Shown here: positions 41,249 to 51,431 of the stretch, piece by piece
Layout: each line of letters begins with the position of its first letter
How positions within the stretch are numbered: position 1 is the stretch's first letter
Source of the DNA: an uncultured Planctomycetales bacterium
Lineage (GTDB): Bacteria > Omnitrophota > Gorgyraeia > Zapsychrales > JANLHA01
Assembly: GCA_964450385.1 (NCBI GenBank)
Contig: CAYVEC010000009.1
Location: 391-64,390, forward strand
Length of the DNA: 64,000 bases
Reading direction: 5' to 3'
The notes under the pieces: model-generated
What the model was told of the DNA's origin: nothing
Databases searched by the model: none
The model's input: only the letters and a program-made list of their open reading frames with translations
Translations under genes and position numbers: made by a program

Positions 41249-41665
41249 CTATTCGCCAATAATCTTGACAAGGACCCGTTTCCGCCGCCGACCGTCAAAT
41301 TCCCCATAAAAGATCTGCTCCCAGGGGCCAAAATCCAAACGGCCCTCCGTGACCGCGACCACGACCTCACGCCCCATGATCTGTCGCTTCATATGACCGT
41401 CAGCATTATCTTCACCGGTATTATGACGGTATTGCGACACGGGCGCATGAGGGGCTAAGCCCTCGAGCCAATCGTCAAAATCCGCGAGCAGGCCCGCCTC
41501 ATCATCATTAATGAAAACGCTCGCGGTAATATGCATGGCGTTCACCAGACACAGCCCCTCCCGAACCCCGCTTTCGGCAAGGCATCGAAGGACCTCCGGC
41601 GTGATGTTGACGTAATCCCGCCGATGCGGGGTCGTGAACCAGAGTTCTTTCCGAAAGGTTTTCAC
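41249..41665 (-). CDS. YjbQ/UPF0047 family protein (secondary thiamine-phosphate synthase)
   Basis: 138 aa with the UPF0047 pattern ([12 protein letters not shown]...[28 protein letters not shown]). Confidence 0.7.
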   Translation of the reverse strand: MKTFRKELWFTTPHRRDYVNITPEVLRCLAESGVREGLCLVNAMHITASVFINDDEAGLLADFDDWLEGLAPHAPVSQYRHNTGEDNADGHMKRQIMGREVVVAVTEGRLDFGPWEQIFYGEFDGRRRKRVLVKIIGE

Positions 41666-41680
41666 GGCTGCGCCCCAGAC

Positions 41681-43447
41681 CTATTGAACACCGATAAAGA
41701 CAGGCAATACCGATTTTTCCATAACAAAAAGTTGATCGAGCTGCTTTCTTAACTCGGGATCCTGCACAACATCCCCATACTTGTTTAACACCTCACGGGC
41801 ATCATCTTCCCGACCCGCAAGACGTAGGGCCTGGATCAAATAGCCGACCGCCGCATACCCGGGCTTGATCTGACAGGCATTCGTCAGATCGATGATCGCC
41901 TGATCGATATCTTTTTTAGTCAAGGCTAATCGTCCAGCCTGAATGTGTGTCGCAACAATGCCAGGGAAATCCTCAATTGACAAACGATATCGTGACTCTG
42001 CGGCATCCCTCTCACCTCTGGCCTCATGAGCCATGCCGATCGCAAAATCCAATCTCGGATCAACAATGCCCCGACCTTCTGCTTCTGCAGCGTATTTCAA
42101 AACCTCATCCGGGTTGCTGCCCAACTTACTAATACTCAATGCAGCATATAAATACCCTCGACCGTTCCGAGGAAAGTCTCGAATCATGTGCCGAGCAGAA
42201 ACATAATTATTTCTCGTCATTCCTGTTCCAACAAAGGAAAATCCGGCACAAAGCACAAGAACAAACAAAAACAATCGTTCTGCTAAAAGCATCCGACGAC
42301 GAGAAAAAAAACCGTCAAGCCTGTCCAGCAGATACACCCCAACGACAATCAGCCCCACTAAAGGAAGATAAATAAAACGATGGGCAAAAGGAGAGACAAG
42401 GGTGATCACATTTGAGACGGGGGCATAAAAAATGAGGGCCCATATCACCCCAAAAAACATCGACCGGCATTCGAGCATTTTTTTGAAATAAAAAATACCA
42501 GCCCCTAAAATAGCGAGACCAACAACAAGATCCATATTCGTCAAAATCGTATCCACATCTTCGGCAAAAACAGGGGGAAGATACTTAACAGACCACGGAA
42601 AACAAACCACCTTAAAATAATAGCCAGCAATATGGATAATAACCAAGGCGCGCGATAATCGGTCCTGCCCCAACGGATAAAGATAGCGCAAAGCCGAGTT
42701 CGGCAAAACGTAAAAGTAAACAAACAAATAAGATGACAGGATGGCCACATACCCAATGTATTCAAACTTAAATAACTTTATTCTTCTTGACGGGCCATCG
42801 GCCAACAACCAGTCATAAATAAGCACAAATAGCGGCAGGCCTATGGCCGCCTCCTTTGAAAAGACGGCTAAGAAATAAAAAAGCCAAGATAAGCACAACA
42901 TTATCATTCCCTTGCCTCGTCGATAAGAATCGTACGTTAAAAAAGACGCGAGAACGAGACAGGTTGCCAAAAGATCAGCCCGAAACCCTACTGCACAAAC
43001 CGCCTCAACCTGAATCGGATGAACGCCAAAAAGAAGCGCCGACCAAAAGGCCAGGTCTGGCTTAAGTGAAAATACGAGCACGGCGAGACGGTACACGAGA
43101 AAAACATTGAATAAATGAAAAAGAAGATTCGTTAAATGAAACCCAAAGGCGTCCTTCTTCCAGATAGCCGTATCCAAAAAATACGTCAACGATAATACCG
43201 GCCGGTAGGCCACCGAGCCCGTAATATCAGTCTCCTCATTAAAAACCCTTTCCCAATTAGATCCATACTGATTTGTAAATAGAAGCGGGATATTAGAAAG
43301 TGATTCATAAAATGAATTATTCCCGATAATCATCGTATCATCACCAACAACGCCGTTAAACAGGCTCGGCAAAAAAACAACCGCAACCACAATCAAGGCA
43401 ACCCAAATGCTTTTTTTCATGATCACCTTCCCCTGGTTAAAAAACAC
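41681..43447 (-). CDS. GT-C-like polytopic membrane protein with C-terminal TPR repeats (TMTC/PMT_2-DUF1736-like)
   Basis: Acidic motif in the first loop (GDDTMIIGNNSFYE), a YRPVLSLTYFLD motif resembling the YRPL motif of TMTC/DUF1736 proteins, more than 10 TM helices, and C-terminal TPRs. Confidence 0.45.
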   Translation of the reverse strand: MFFNQGKVIMKKSIWVALIVVAVVFLPSLFNGVVGDDTMIIGNNSFYESLSNIPLLFTNQYGSNWERVFNEETDITGSVAYRPVLSLTYFLDTAIWKKDAFGFHLTNLLFHLFNVFLVYRLAVLVFSLKPDLAFWSALLFGVHPIQVEAVCAVGFRADLLATCLVLASFLTYDSYRRGKGMIMLCLSWLFYFLAVFSKEAAIGLPLFVLIYDWLLADGPSRRIKLFKFEYIGYVAILSSYLFVYFYVLPNSALRYLYPLGQDRLSRALVIIHIAGYYFKVVCFPWSVKYLPPVFAEDVDTILTNMDLVVGLAILGAGIFYFKKMLECRSMFFGVIWALIFYAPVSNVITLVSPFAHRFIYLPLVGLIVVGVYLLDRLDGFFSRRRMLLAERLFLFVLVLCAGFSFVGTGMTRNNYVSARHMIRDFPRNGRGYLYAALSISKLGSNPDEVLKYAAEAEGRGIVDPRLDFAIGMAHEARGERDAAESRYRLSIEDFPGIVATHIQAGRLALTKKDIDQAIIDLTNACQIKPGYAAVGYLIQALRLAGREDDAREVLNKYGDVVQDPELRKQLDQLFVMEKSVLPVFIGVQ

Positions 43448-46331
43448 TGTTCACGCGCAGCCAAAATCTAAGGTCATCTTCCGCGTCCCGGACCGGGCGG
43501 GCCGCATCAAGCTGAATCACCGCCTTTTCCAGGAACCCGAGAAGATCAACATGAAACCTCAGCCCGATCCCAATATCTTTCTTTAACGCGGTTTCCGACA
43601 TCGAATCAAACCACGCCTGGCCTGCTTCAGCAAAAATCACCCCGTCAATCCGGCGAAGCCCCACCAAACGGTCAACGGCATAGACGCTCATCTCATTGAT
43701 CAGGGGATATCGGCATTCAATGACACCAAGCGCGGCATTCGCTCCCCGAAGGGACTTGCGCTCATATCCCCTGAGGCCCTCGGCACCCCCGAGCTGAAAA
43801 AGGTCCTTATCATCCGGATACCCGGCGCCGATCTTCGCCCGGAGGGCCACCGTCCCCTGCCTCATCATACGGTGATACCCATGGATGTCAACCCCGCCCC
43901 GCGAAAAATAACTTCCCGCGCCGAACACGTGCCCGGCCTGTTCGGCAACGGCTGTGAGCCGATGCCCCTCCCGGGGATCCGGATACGGGCCCGAACGATT
44001 CCGGTGAAAGGCCATCCCAACAATGGATTCGTGGTCCCGACGGTATTCAATATTCCGAAGGTCTGACGCACCCATGAGCCCCTCATCATATTCATCGGGC
44101 CGCTGATTGTCGACCACATACAGGGTCAAATGGTCCTGGACGTCCAACATCCCATAGGCCGCCGGCCACAGGTCCTGGCGGACATACATCTTCGTGCTGA
44201 TCATATCATCAGGCCCGCCGGTAACGTCCTTGACCCGCCGCCATTCCCCGCCAACATGGGTCGGTGAGGTCCAGAAATTTTTATATTGGAACCCGACCCG
44301 TGATGTGAAGAGCTCGTTCCCGATGTCATAATCGTTGCCGGCATAAAGATAATACTGATACGGCTTTTGCCAGCCCGCTTTTAGCCCCACCCCTTCGTTG
44401 ATCTCCGGGCCGATCACGAGCTGATAGGCGTCATCCGGGACAAAGGCCGGATGATCCCAAAGCCCTAAATACAACCAGACCGGCCTCGCCCGATTCCAGC
44501 GGGGCCACACATTGTTGACCCGGTCCTGATCAAGCGTCTTCTCATCAGGGTCCAGACGCGCCCCCCGCAGTCCGCGGGCAGCCAGGTCGATCGTCGCGGG
44601 AGACGAGCCATCCCAGATAAAACGTTCGGTGCTGCCACTGGCGCCCACAGTCTCAACCTCAACCGGCGCGACAAGGTCTCCGTGCTGCGCGATCTCGAGA
44701 ACCCCTGGGGCGACCCTCCGCAGACAGGGATCATAACGACCCGAACCATAGACCCAATTGCGAAAGAACGCATCAAGGTCCCGGCCCGAGACCTTTTCAC
44801 ACAGCGCCTGAAAATCCGGGATCGACCAGTTCTGATACCGATACCTCGCCATGGCCTCGGCCAAGACAGCGCGCATCGCCGCAGACCCGATCTCGGCCTC
44901 AAGGGCCTCGATCACCCGTTCGCCCTTGCCATAAATCAGCGCGAAGATCTGGCTCGGTTCCGAATACTCATCGAGACGGCGGGCGAGCGGGCCGTCATAC
45001 CCCGCGCGGAGCCCTGCTTTATACCGATAATCGCGGAATCGGCGGAAACTCGGCCGCGGCAGGAGCGGTTCGATCCCTGACAGCCATCGCGGAAACTCGA
45101 GCACCGAGGCATCCTTGCCGTAGCGCTCTTCAATATACTGAAGGGTCAAAAACGAATTGATCCCCTCCTCGAGCCACATCTCGCGTGACGCATCGACCCC
45201 GATCATGTTGTACAGCCACTGGTGCCCGGTCTCATGCGCGATAAGAAAATCAAAATGCCGGTCAAGGATCCCCGGGAGTTTAAAGGCCCGCGTATCAATA
45301 AAAATCATATTCGCCATCTGTTCCCCGCCATAACCAAGATGGACCGCTGCCACGGAAAACTGTTCATAGGGATACGGGGCTTGAAAGATCGCCTCATAAA
45401 AATCCATCGCCGCCTCAGCCGACGCCAACGCGTCAGCCGCGCGATCCTCGTCGCCCTCAAGATAAAACACATACAGATCCGTCTTCCCCCGCCGCACGGA
45501 GAGGTGCTGATACTCTGGACTCGCGCTAAAGGCAAACGCCCGGATCGGCAGAGACGTCGTGATGATCACGCGTTTCTGCCCGCCCGAGGTCTCCTCCCGG
45601 GAACGGACACCCGAATGCGCGACCTGATAATCTTCCGGCACGGTCAACGTCACATCATAAGAGGCCGCGTCCGAATAAAAGGGCCGATGGAACGGATAAA
45701 ATAACCCCTTGTCCCATCCGCTCGCCGCCTGAGCCGCGACGATCGGATACCAATACGCGGCACGCACGACCGACCCATGCCACCCGATCCGGCCATAGGC
45801 ATGCGGGACCCGAAGCCTGAATTTGACCGTCACCTCGATCTGCGCCCCAGGAGCGACCGGCCCAGGAAGGTCAACCCGAAGGAGCGTCTGGTCCGCGCCC
45901 TCAACGGTCCACGGGACCTCATCCCCCGACGCCTCATCAACAACCGCATCAATATAAAAATCTCCGGTGTCAAAACCCTCAGGGTACGGATCGATTTTAA
46001 AATATCCAGCGTATTGAAAGAGCAGACGCTGTTCAGCAGACGTGTAACGGCGGTTCGGATAGATATGAAAATACACGTGATCGATCGGTCCCCCTTGACG
46101 ATTGACCACAACAACACGCTCAACGGCAGAGATCGTCTTGGTCACGGGGTCCCATGCAGCAGAAATATCATAGTGGTGATATGCCTCAGCGCTGACTAAA
46201 CGGACAGAACCGATCAACACGGCCGCGGCCAGCGCCACGACACAGCCGGTCCGGGAGATCAGATCATTCCGTTGCCACATTCTCATGCGACATCGGGCCC
46301 TGCGGCTGACGGAGTTTGGAGAGATATTCAC
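43437..46331 (-). CDS. M1-family zinc aminopeptidase domain fused to a C-terminal Omp85/surface-antigen-D15-like beta-barrel
   Basis: Signal peptide. HExxH-x18-E zinc motif (HETGHQWLYNMIGVDASREMWLEEGINSF). The C-terminal 250 aa show an Omp85-like pattern (FQLGGAEGLRGYERKSLRGANAALGVIECRYPL) and the protein ends with an aromatic residue (...RFWLRVNSVF). Confidence 0.6.
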   Translation of the reverse strand: MNISPNSVSRRARCRMRMWQRNDLISRTGCVVALAAAVLIGSVRLVSAEAYHHYDISAAWDPVTKTISAVERVVVVNRQGGPIDHVYFHIYPNRRYTSAEQRLLFQYAGYFKIDPYPEGFDTGDFYIDAVVDEASGDEVPWTVEGADQTLLRVDLPGPVAPGAQIEVTVKFRLRVPHAYGRIGWHGSVVRAAYWYPIVAAQAASGWDKGLFYPFHRPFYSDAASYDVTLTVPEDYQVAHSGVRSREETSGGQKRVIITTSLPIRAFAFSASPEYQHLSVRRGKTDLYVFYLEGDEDRAADALASAEAAMDFYEAIFQAPYPYEQFSVAAVHLGYGGEQMANMIFIDTRAFKLPGILDRHFDFLIAHETGHQWLYNMIGVDASREMWLEEGINSFLTLQYIEERYGKDASVLEFPRWLSGIEPLLPRPSFRRFRDYRYKAGLRAGYDGPLARRLDEYSEPSQIFALIYGKGERVIEALEAEIGSAAMRAVLAEAMARYRYQNWSIPDFQALCEKVSGRDLDAFFRNWVYGSGRYDPCLRRVAPGVLEIAQHGDLVAPVEVETVGASGSTERFIWDGSSPATIDLAARGLRGARLDPDEKTLDQDRVNNVWPRWNRARPVWLYLGLWDHPAFVPDDAYQLVIGPEINEGVGLKAGWQKPYQYYLYAGNDYDIGNELFTSRVGFQYKNFWTSPTHVGGEWRRVKDVTGGPDDMISTKMYVRQDLWPAAYGMLDVQDHLTLYVVDNQRPDEYDEGLMGASDLRNIEYRRDHESIVGMAFHRNRSGPYPDPREGHRLTAVAEQAGHVFGAGSYFSRGGVDIHGYHRMMRQGTVALRAKIGAGYPDDKDLFQLGGAEGLRGYERKSLRGANAALGVIECRYPLINEMSVYAVDRLVGLRRIDGVIFAEAGQAWFDSMSETALKKDIGIGLRFHVDLLGFLEKAVIQLDAARPVRDAEDDLRFWLRVNSVF

Positions 46332-46674
46332 GAAAACGCCTATCGGCTAAGAGATTCGTCAAATCGCGGTCCTGGAGCAGGAACTCAAAATCCTGATACC
46401 CTTTCTCGATCGCCATCTGCATCGCCTCAAAGGCCTGGTCCGTTTTCTTCAACAAGGCGTAACTGCAGGCAAGATTATAGAGGACGACCGGATCGTCGGG
46501 ATAGAGCGAAGCGAGACGCTGATCGATGATAAGCCCGTCCTCAAACCGGCCGGCCTTGGTATATGTATCACCAAGCGCGGAGAGGGCCTCACGGAATTGC
46601 GGCCGATTCCGGACGACTCCTTCGAAAAAACCGATCTCGAATTCAAGATCCCTCGTAACTTTTTTTGCCATCAC
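46264..46674 (-). CDS. TPR-repeat protein
   Basis: 136 aa with TPR-like repeats (ALSALGDTYTKAGRFEDGL...LYNLACSYALLKKTDQAFEAMQMAIEKGY). Confidence 0.5.
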   Translation of the reverse strand: MMAKKVTRDLEFEIGFFEGVVRNRPQFREALSALGDTYTKAGRFEDGLIIDQRLASLYPDDPVVLYNLACSYALLKKTDQAFEAMQMAIEKGYQDFEFLLQDRDLTNLLADRRFREYLSKLRQPQGPMSHENVATE

Positions 46675-46694
46675 CCTCTCCGTTCCGGCGCCCC

Positions 46695-47855
46695 TCAGGA
46701 CTCGGACAGATATTCCTTGATGCGCCGCACGGCCTCTTTTAAATTCTCATAGCTCGTCGCGTACGCCATCCGGACATAATGCTCCAGGCCCTGGCCAAAG
46801 GCCGTGCCCGGAACGATCGCCACCTTTTTCTTATTTAATAAATCCTGCGCAAACGTCAGCGCGTCTTTCCCCGTGGATTCGATCGAAGGAAACACATAAA
46901 AAGCCCCTTGCGGAAGGTGACACGACAACCCCATCTCGTTTAAGGCGTCAACCATAAAACGCCGACGGCGCATATATTCCCTGCGCATCTCCTGGACCGC
47001 CTTGGCCCCTCGGTGCATCGCCTCAACCGCCGCCATCTGACCCGTGATCGGCGCACACATGATCGTATACTGATGGATCTTGGTCATGGCGGCAACGATA
47101 TCTTTCGGGCCGCAGACCCAGCCGATCCGAGATCCGGTCATCGCATACCCCTTAGAAAATCCGTTCAAATAGATCGTCCGTTCTTTCATCCCCGGCAGGG
47201 TGACAAGAGGAACATGATCAAAATCAAATGACAGCTCATCATAGACCTCATCGCTGATCACAAGAAGATCGTGCTGCTTAATCACCTTGATCAAAGCCAT
47301 GAGCTCCCGGCGGGTATAGGACGCCCCTGTCGGATTACACGGATAATTGATCAGGATCGCCTTGATCCCGCCTCCACGGCAGGCCTCATCGATCTGCTCA
47401 GGCTGCAGACGAAATCCATGAGCCATCGACGTTCGAATAACGACAGGCGCCCCTCCGGCAAGCGTCGCCATGGGCGCGTACGAAACATAGCAGGGTTCCG
47501 CGATTAGGACCTTTTCGCCAGGATTGAGAATAGCCCGCATCGCGAGATCAATCCCTTCGCTCACCCCCACGGTGATCAGCATCTGCTCTTCGACGTCATA
47601 GGTCACCCCATACCGATGCTTGAGAAAAGCCGCGATCTCCCGCCTGAGCTCGATGAGCCCTTTGTTGGAGGTGTAGGAGGTGTAGCCCTGTTCCAAGGAA
47701 AAGATCGCCTTCTCCCGGATATGCCACGGGGTGACAAAGTCAGGCTCGCCGACCCCAAGGGAGACGACGTCCTTCATCCCCAAGACCAGGTCAAAAAATT
47801 TTCTAATGCCTGAGGGCGGCAGATCCCTCACGACACGTGAGATGCGTTCAGTCAT
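46695..47855 (-). CDS. Class I/II PLP-dependent aminotransferase (AspC family)
   Basis: PLP-lysine motif (GFSKGYAMTGSRIGW) and fold-type I pattern. Confidence 0.85.
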   Translation of the reverse strand: MTERISRVVRDLPPSGIRKFFDLVLGMKDVVSLGVGEPDFVTPWHIREKAIFSLEQGYTSYTSNKGLIELRREIAAFLKHRYGVTYDVEEQMLITVGVSEGIDLAMRAILNPGEKVLIAEPCYVSYAPMATLAGGAPVVIRTSMAHGFRLQPEQIDEACRGGGIKAILINYPCNPTGASYTRRELMALIKVIKQHDLLVISDEVYDELSFDFDHVPLVTLPGMKERTIYLNGFSKGYAMTGSRIGWVCGPKDIVAAMTKIHQYTIMCAPITGQMAAVEAMHRGAKAVQEMRREYMRRRRFMVDALNEMGLSCHLPQGAFYVFPSIESTGKDALTFAQDLLNKKKVAIVPGTAFGQGLEHYVRMAYATSYENLKEAVRRIKEYLSES

Positions 47856-47867
47856 AGACGTCCTTTA

Positions 47868-48353
47868 TTACAACGAAATATTCAATCGGCGCTGCCGATC
47901 GCGCCTAACGAAAATGTGCCCATCCTCTTTGTATTTCTTTAACAGAAAATGCGTCGTCGTGCTCCGCACATTCGGCATCGGCGACAGCTTGGATGCCACA
48001 AAATCAGCGACGGTTTGGATCGACTCACCCTCGATGATCACAAGCAGGTCATACGCCCCCGAAACAAGATAGCACGTCGTCACTTCCGGAAAACTATAGA
48101 CCCGCTCAGCGACATAATCGAAACCGACATCCTTCTGCGGCGTGATGCTCACCTCGATCAGGGCCAAAACAAAAGGCGCGGCGTCCTTTAATAAGGACCG
48201 GTTGATCAGTGTTTTGTATTTGGCGATCGTCCCGTTCTTCTCATAATTCTTGATCGCCTTCTTGACCCCGGCGACATCGCGGCCCGTCATCTTCGCGATC
48301 TCCTCCGGCGTGGTCCGAGCGTCACGGATCAAAATCTCCAAGATCTCATCCAT
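47868..48353 (-). CDS. Lrp/AsnC-family transcriptional regulator
   Basis: N-terminal HTH (ARTTPEEIAKMTGRDVAGVKKAIKNYEKNG) and a C-terminal RAM domain. Adjacent to the aminotransferase. Confidence 0.8.
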   Translation of the reverse strand: MDEILEILIRDARTTPEEIAKMTGRDVAGVKKAIKNYEKNGTIAKYKTLINRSLLKDAAPFVLALIEVSITPQKDVGFDYVAERVYSFPEVTTCYLVSGAYDLLVIIEGESIQTVADFVASKLSPMPNVRSTTTHFLLKKYKEDGHIFVRRDRQRRLNISL

Positions 48354-48502
48354 ACCCCTCTCCTCCTATGAAAAATTTCGTCCGGGCCGCCCTCATCAGC
48401 GGCCACCCATGATCAAATCCCCTATGCCGTCATCCGATCGACACGGCAGCTGAACACCCGTTATCCCCAGGGAAACCGTCGGCCCAAACCCATGGAAGGC
48501 TA

Positions 48503-49525
48503 TTATAAGAGCTCGTCGATCCGGCTGCGCAGCTGCTGATTCTCTTTGTCCAGGCGCATGATCTCGTCCATCATCTGACGCTTCTTCTGAACAACCCCGC
48601 TCGTCTCCTGAACAGAGATCTTGATCGCCTCAAGCTCAGCCTCAAGCTTCGCCACCTGGGCCTCCAGGGCCCGCTGCTCCTGAACAATATCATCGGGAAC
48701 AACCTCAGCGGACGCCGCCAAAGAATCCCGCTCTTTACTTAATACCTCATTCCTCCGGAGCTGCTGGGCCTTTTGCTGTTCGAGACGCGCGATTTGGGCC
48801 TCAAGCTCCTTGTTTTTCGCAGCGACCGATTCAGCCTCTTTGACCAGGTTTCGATTATCCGCCTTCATCGTATTGATCTTGGCGTCCAGCTCCTGCTCTT
48901 TCTGCTGATAGCCCTTCAGTTCTTTTTTAAGCTGATCGATCTCGTCATCCTGACCGCGCTCAAGTTCCTGACGGGAAATGTCCTGCAATTTCAATTCAAG
49001 GGAGAGCTCGCGCTTCTGGACCTCAAGCTCTGACAACTGCGTCTGCCAGAGTTCGGTCTTCTTCTTCTCGCTCTCGAGCTGCTGGATCATCCGCAGCTTT
49101 TCATTCTCAAGATCCCCGACCGTCTTTCGCGCCTGCTCAATATCCGCCTTGATCTTATCGATCACCTGGAGCTGGTCCTGACGGAACGTCTCCATCTTTT
49201 TATTCTCGCGCTCCTGAAGGTCCAGTTCATCCTTGACCTTCATCACATCTGTTTGGATCCCGCTCAGCTGTTCACGGAGCAATTGATATTCGGTGTTGAG
49301 CCGTTTGTTTTCTTCAAGCAGGTGACTAGTCTCAGCCTTGGCCTCATCGATCGCGGTCTGCCATTCAGTAAAACTCAAAGACTTTACTTCTGAAGGGGTT
49401 ATGTCGCTCATCGCAGGCGCGGCCGAGACCGCCTGGGCAAGCCCGAGGAACAACACCGCCATAAAGACCCATGAGATTGTATGTTTCATAGGCCTCATTA
49501 TAATAATAGATACGGCGGCTGGCAA
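48503..49525 (-). CDS. Secreted/periplasmic long coiled-coil protein
   Basis: Signal peptide (WVFMAVLFLGLAQAVSA) followed by about 280 aa rich in E, K, Q and L heptads. Confidence 0.4.
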   Translation of the reverse strand: MPAAVSIIIMRPMKHTISWVFMAVLFLGLAQAVSAAPAMSDITPSEVKSLSFTEWQTAIDEAKAETSHLLEENKRLNTEYQLLREQLSGIQTDVMKVKDELDLQERENKKMETFRQDQLQVIDKIKADIEQARKTVGDLENEKLRMIQQLESEKKKTELWQTQLSELEVQKRELSLELKLQDISRQELERGQDDEIDQLKKELKGYQQKEQELDAKINTMKADNRNLVKEAESVAAKNKELEAQIARLEQQKAQQLRRNEVLSKERDSLAASAEVVPDDIVQEQRALEAQVAKLEAELEAIKISVQETSGVVQKKRQMMDEIMRLDKENQQLRSRIDELL

Positions 49526-49533
49526 ATGGAAAC

Positions 49534-50997
49534 TTAAGAATTTCGCCGAGAAGGACCCGTCTTTTTCGTCACGGTATAGACCGGGACCCGGACGGAAGGC
49601 CGGAACGATTCCTTGGCGCGCCTGAGGTCCGGATCGTCCATGTCATCCATCGTGTTCACCGTGTCATAGGCGGCCCAGCACGGGTCCTGACAAAACTGAC
49701 GAAAAATATACGTGGCCAATTCCGGGAAATCCGGGTCCGCGACCTCCAGCATGACACAGAATGTCCGTTCGGTCAGCGGATAACCGGCCGTATACGCCCT
49801 GACCACGCCGTCCACAGTCACGACCGCGGCGATCACGCCGAGGGCCTCGGCTGAGGCCAGGACATTCGCGTGGACCCCCCGATTCTCCCCGATCATCGCG
49901 GTAAGATCATCACGCCGCGGCGCCCCGGCCTTTCGCGCCGCCCAGCGCGCATAGACCTCGCAGCACCCCCCGAAATGCTCCGGTCGATAACGCTCATAAC
50001 GCGGGGCGTAGCGCGAGACGGCCTGATTATACTCCCCCCGACGGGATTTATAGGCACCCCCTTCAAGGGCGGCAATATCCGCGCGCCGGTAACAATACTC
50101 TTCACCCTTCTTGTAGATCTCAAAATCCTCGGCTGGGAACAGGGGACGGTGCGCCTCGGTGACGTGTTCCACCCGCGAAAACTGCGGCGCGGCGTTCACA
50201 CGGTCCATCTTCTCAAAACACGCCTCAACGGTCTCGCGGTCAGCCCCATCTCCGAGCGGGGGAAAATACAAAAACGTCCCCAGCTCAGAATGGGCAAAGA
50301 CACACGTGCTCCCCCGGATCCGTTCGACCTGAAAACCGAAGAAATCCTCCCACGCCGCCATCCCGGCAAACGAATACGCCGACACCTCCCGGGCCTCCTG
50401 CCCAAGGGCATCCGTACAGGGACCTCGAAGACTCAGTACCGACGAGGCGGTCCCAGGAGGCACGACGCCAGGGAACGGCTGAATGTAAACCAGCTCATCG
50501 TCAAAGGCGCTGTAATCATGGAACAGCCCTGGATTCCGGCGGATGAATTTTGTGACCTCGAGCGAGGAGAGATCGCGGATGAGCTCCTCGCAATATGCAT
50601 TCATGGGCCGTGTGCCCCAGTGTTCCTGAACATACGGACAGCTCAGATGCGCCGCGAGCCACCCCGCCCCCTCATGCCAGGCAAAGACAAACGGGTACAG
50701 AGCGCATTCAAAGGGCCGGACCGGATAGACGCCGCAGGTGTTATCCCCGTCGCAGAGATGGAGACAGCGGAACCCCTCGCCCGACGCCTCGGTCTTGAGG
50801 AACCCCGCCGGGTCGATCTGCGCCCGCGGGGCCTGCGATGCCCCGCCGGTGTCAAGATTCGGCTTTTCTTCCTGGGCCACAAAGGGCCGCCAGAGACCTC
50901 CCGGATCCGGGAACCGGCAGCACCCCTTACAGGCGATACAGACCTCTGACGGAACAAGTTTTTTAAAGGCAGTGTTTAAATTCATTCTCCGAGACAC
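49534..50997 (-). CDS. Fusion protein: YkgJ-type Cys-cluster (CxxCxxCC) domain plus DUF2156 (aminoacyl-phosphatidylglycerol synthase C-terminal-like) domain
   Basis: N-terminal CIACKGCCRF motif and later cysteine pairs typical of UPF0153/YkgJ. The C-terminal half resembles the LPG-synthase C-terminal domain (DUF2156) family. Confidence 0.45.
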   Translation of the reverse strand: MSRRMNLNTAFKKLVPSEVCIACKGCCRFPDPGGLWRPFVAQEEKPNLDTGGASQAPRAQIDPAGFLKTEASGEGFRCLHLCDGDNTCGVYPVRPFECALYPFVFAWHEGAGWLAAHLSCPYVQEHWGTRPMNAYCEELIRDLSSLEVTKFIRRNPGLFHDYSAFDDELVYIQPFPGVVPPGTASSVLSLRGPCTDALGQEAREVSAYSFAGMAAWEDFFGFQVERIRGSTCVFAHSELGTFLYFPPLGDGADRETVEACFEKMDRVNAAPQFSRVEHVTEAHRPLFPAEDFEIYKKGEEYCYRRADIAALEGGAYKSRRGEYNQAVSRYAPRYERYRPEHFGGCCEVYARWAARKAGAPRRDDLTAMIGENRGVHANVLASAEALGVIAAVVTVDGVVRAYTAGYPLTERTFCVMLEVADPDFPELATYIFRQFCQDPCWAAYDTVNTMDDMDDPDLRRAKESFRPSVRVPVYTVTKKTGPSRRNS

Positions 50998-51398
50998 TGA
51001 ATGACAAGGTCGCGCTCGCGCGGTCGGTTATCAAAATCGATAAAAATGATCTGCTGCCAGGTGCCGAGGACCAACCGCCTCGCCGAGAACGGGATCGTGA
51101 CCGACGGGCCGATGATCGAGGCGCGCAGATGGGCATGACCGTTGCCGTCGCCCCACGCCTGATCGTGATGATACGCCCACCGAGGAATGAGCCGGTCCAT
51201 GACCTCCGCGATATCCGCGACAAGCCCGGGCTCAAACTCGCAGGTCGTGACCGCGGCCGTTGAACCGACCGCGCTCACCGTGACAATCCCGTCCCTGAAC
51301 CCGGCCTTCATCACGGCCGCGGACACGGCCGTCGTCACATCAACGACTTCGGCATCGCCGCGTGTGGATATCGTCATCCGCTCTGTCACAACCGGCAT
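50982..51398 (-). CDS. YjbQ/UPF0047 family protein (second paralog)
   Basis: 138 aa, clearly homologous to the ORF at 41249..41665 (ISTRGDAEVVDVT...HLRASIIGPSVTIPF...GTWQQIIFIDFD). Confidence 0.7.
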   Translation of the reverse strand: MPVVTERMTISTRGDAEVVDVTTAVSAAVMKAGFRDGIVTVSAVGSTAAVTTCEFEPGLVADIAEVMDRLIPRWAYHHDQAWGDGNGHAHLRASIIGPSVTIPFSARRLVLGTWQQIIFIDFDNRPRERDLVIQCLGE

Positions 51399-51431
51399 GC
51401 CTTCCCCCTCCCAGATCCCTTTCCCTCCGGC

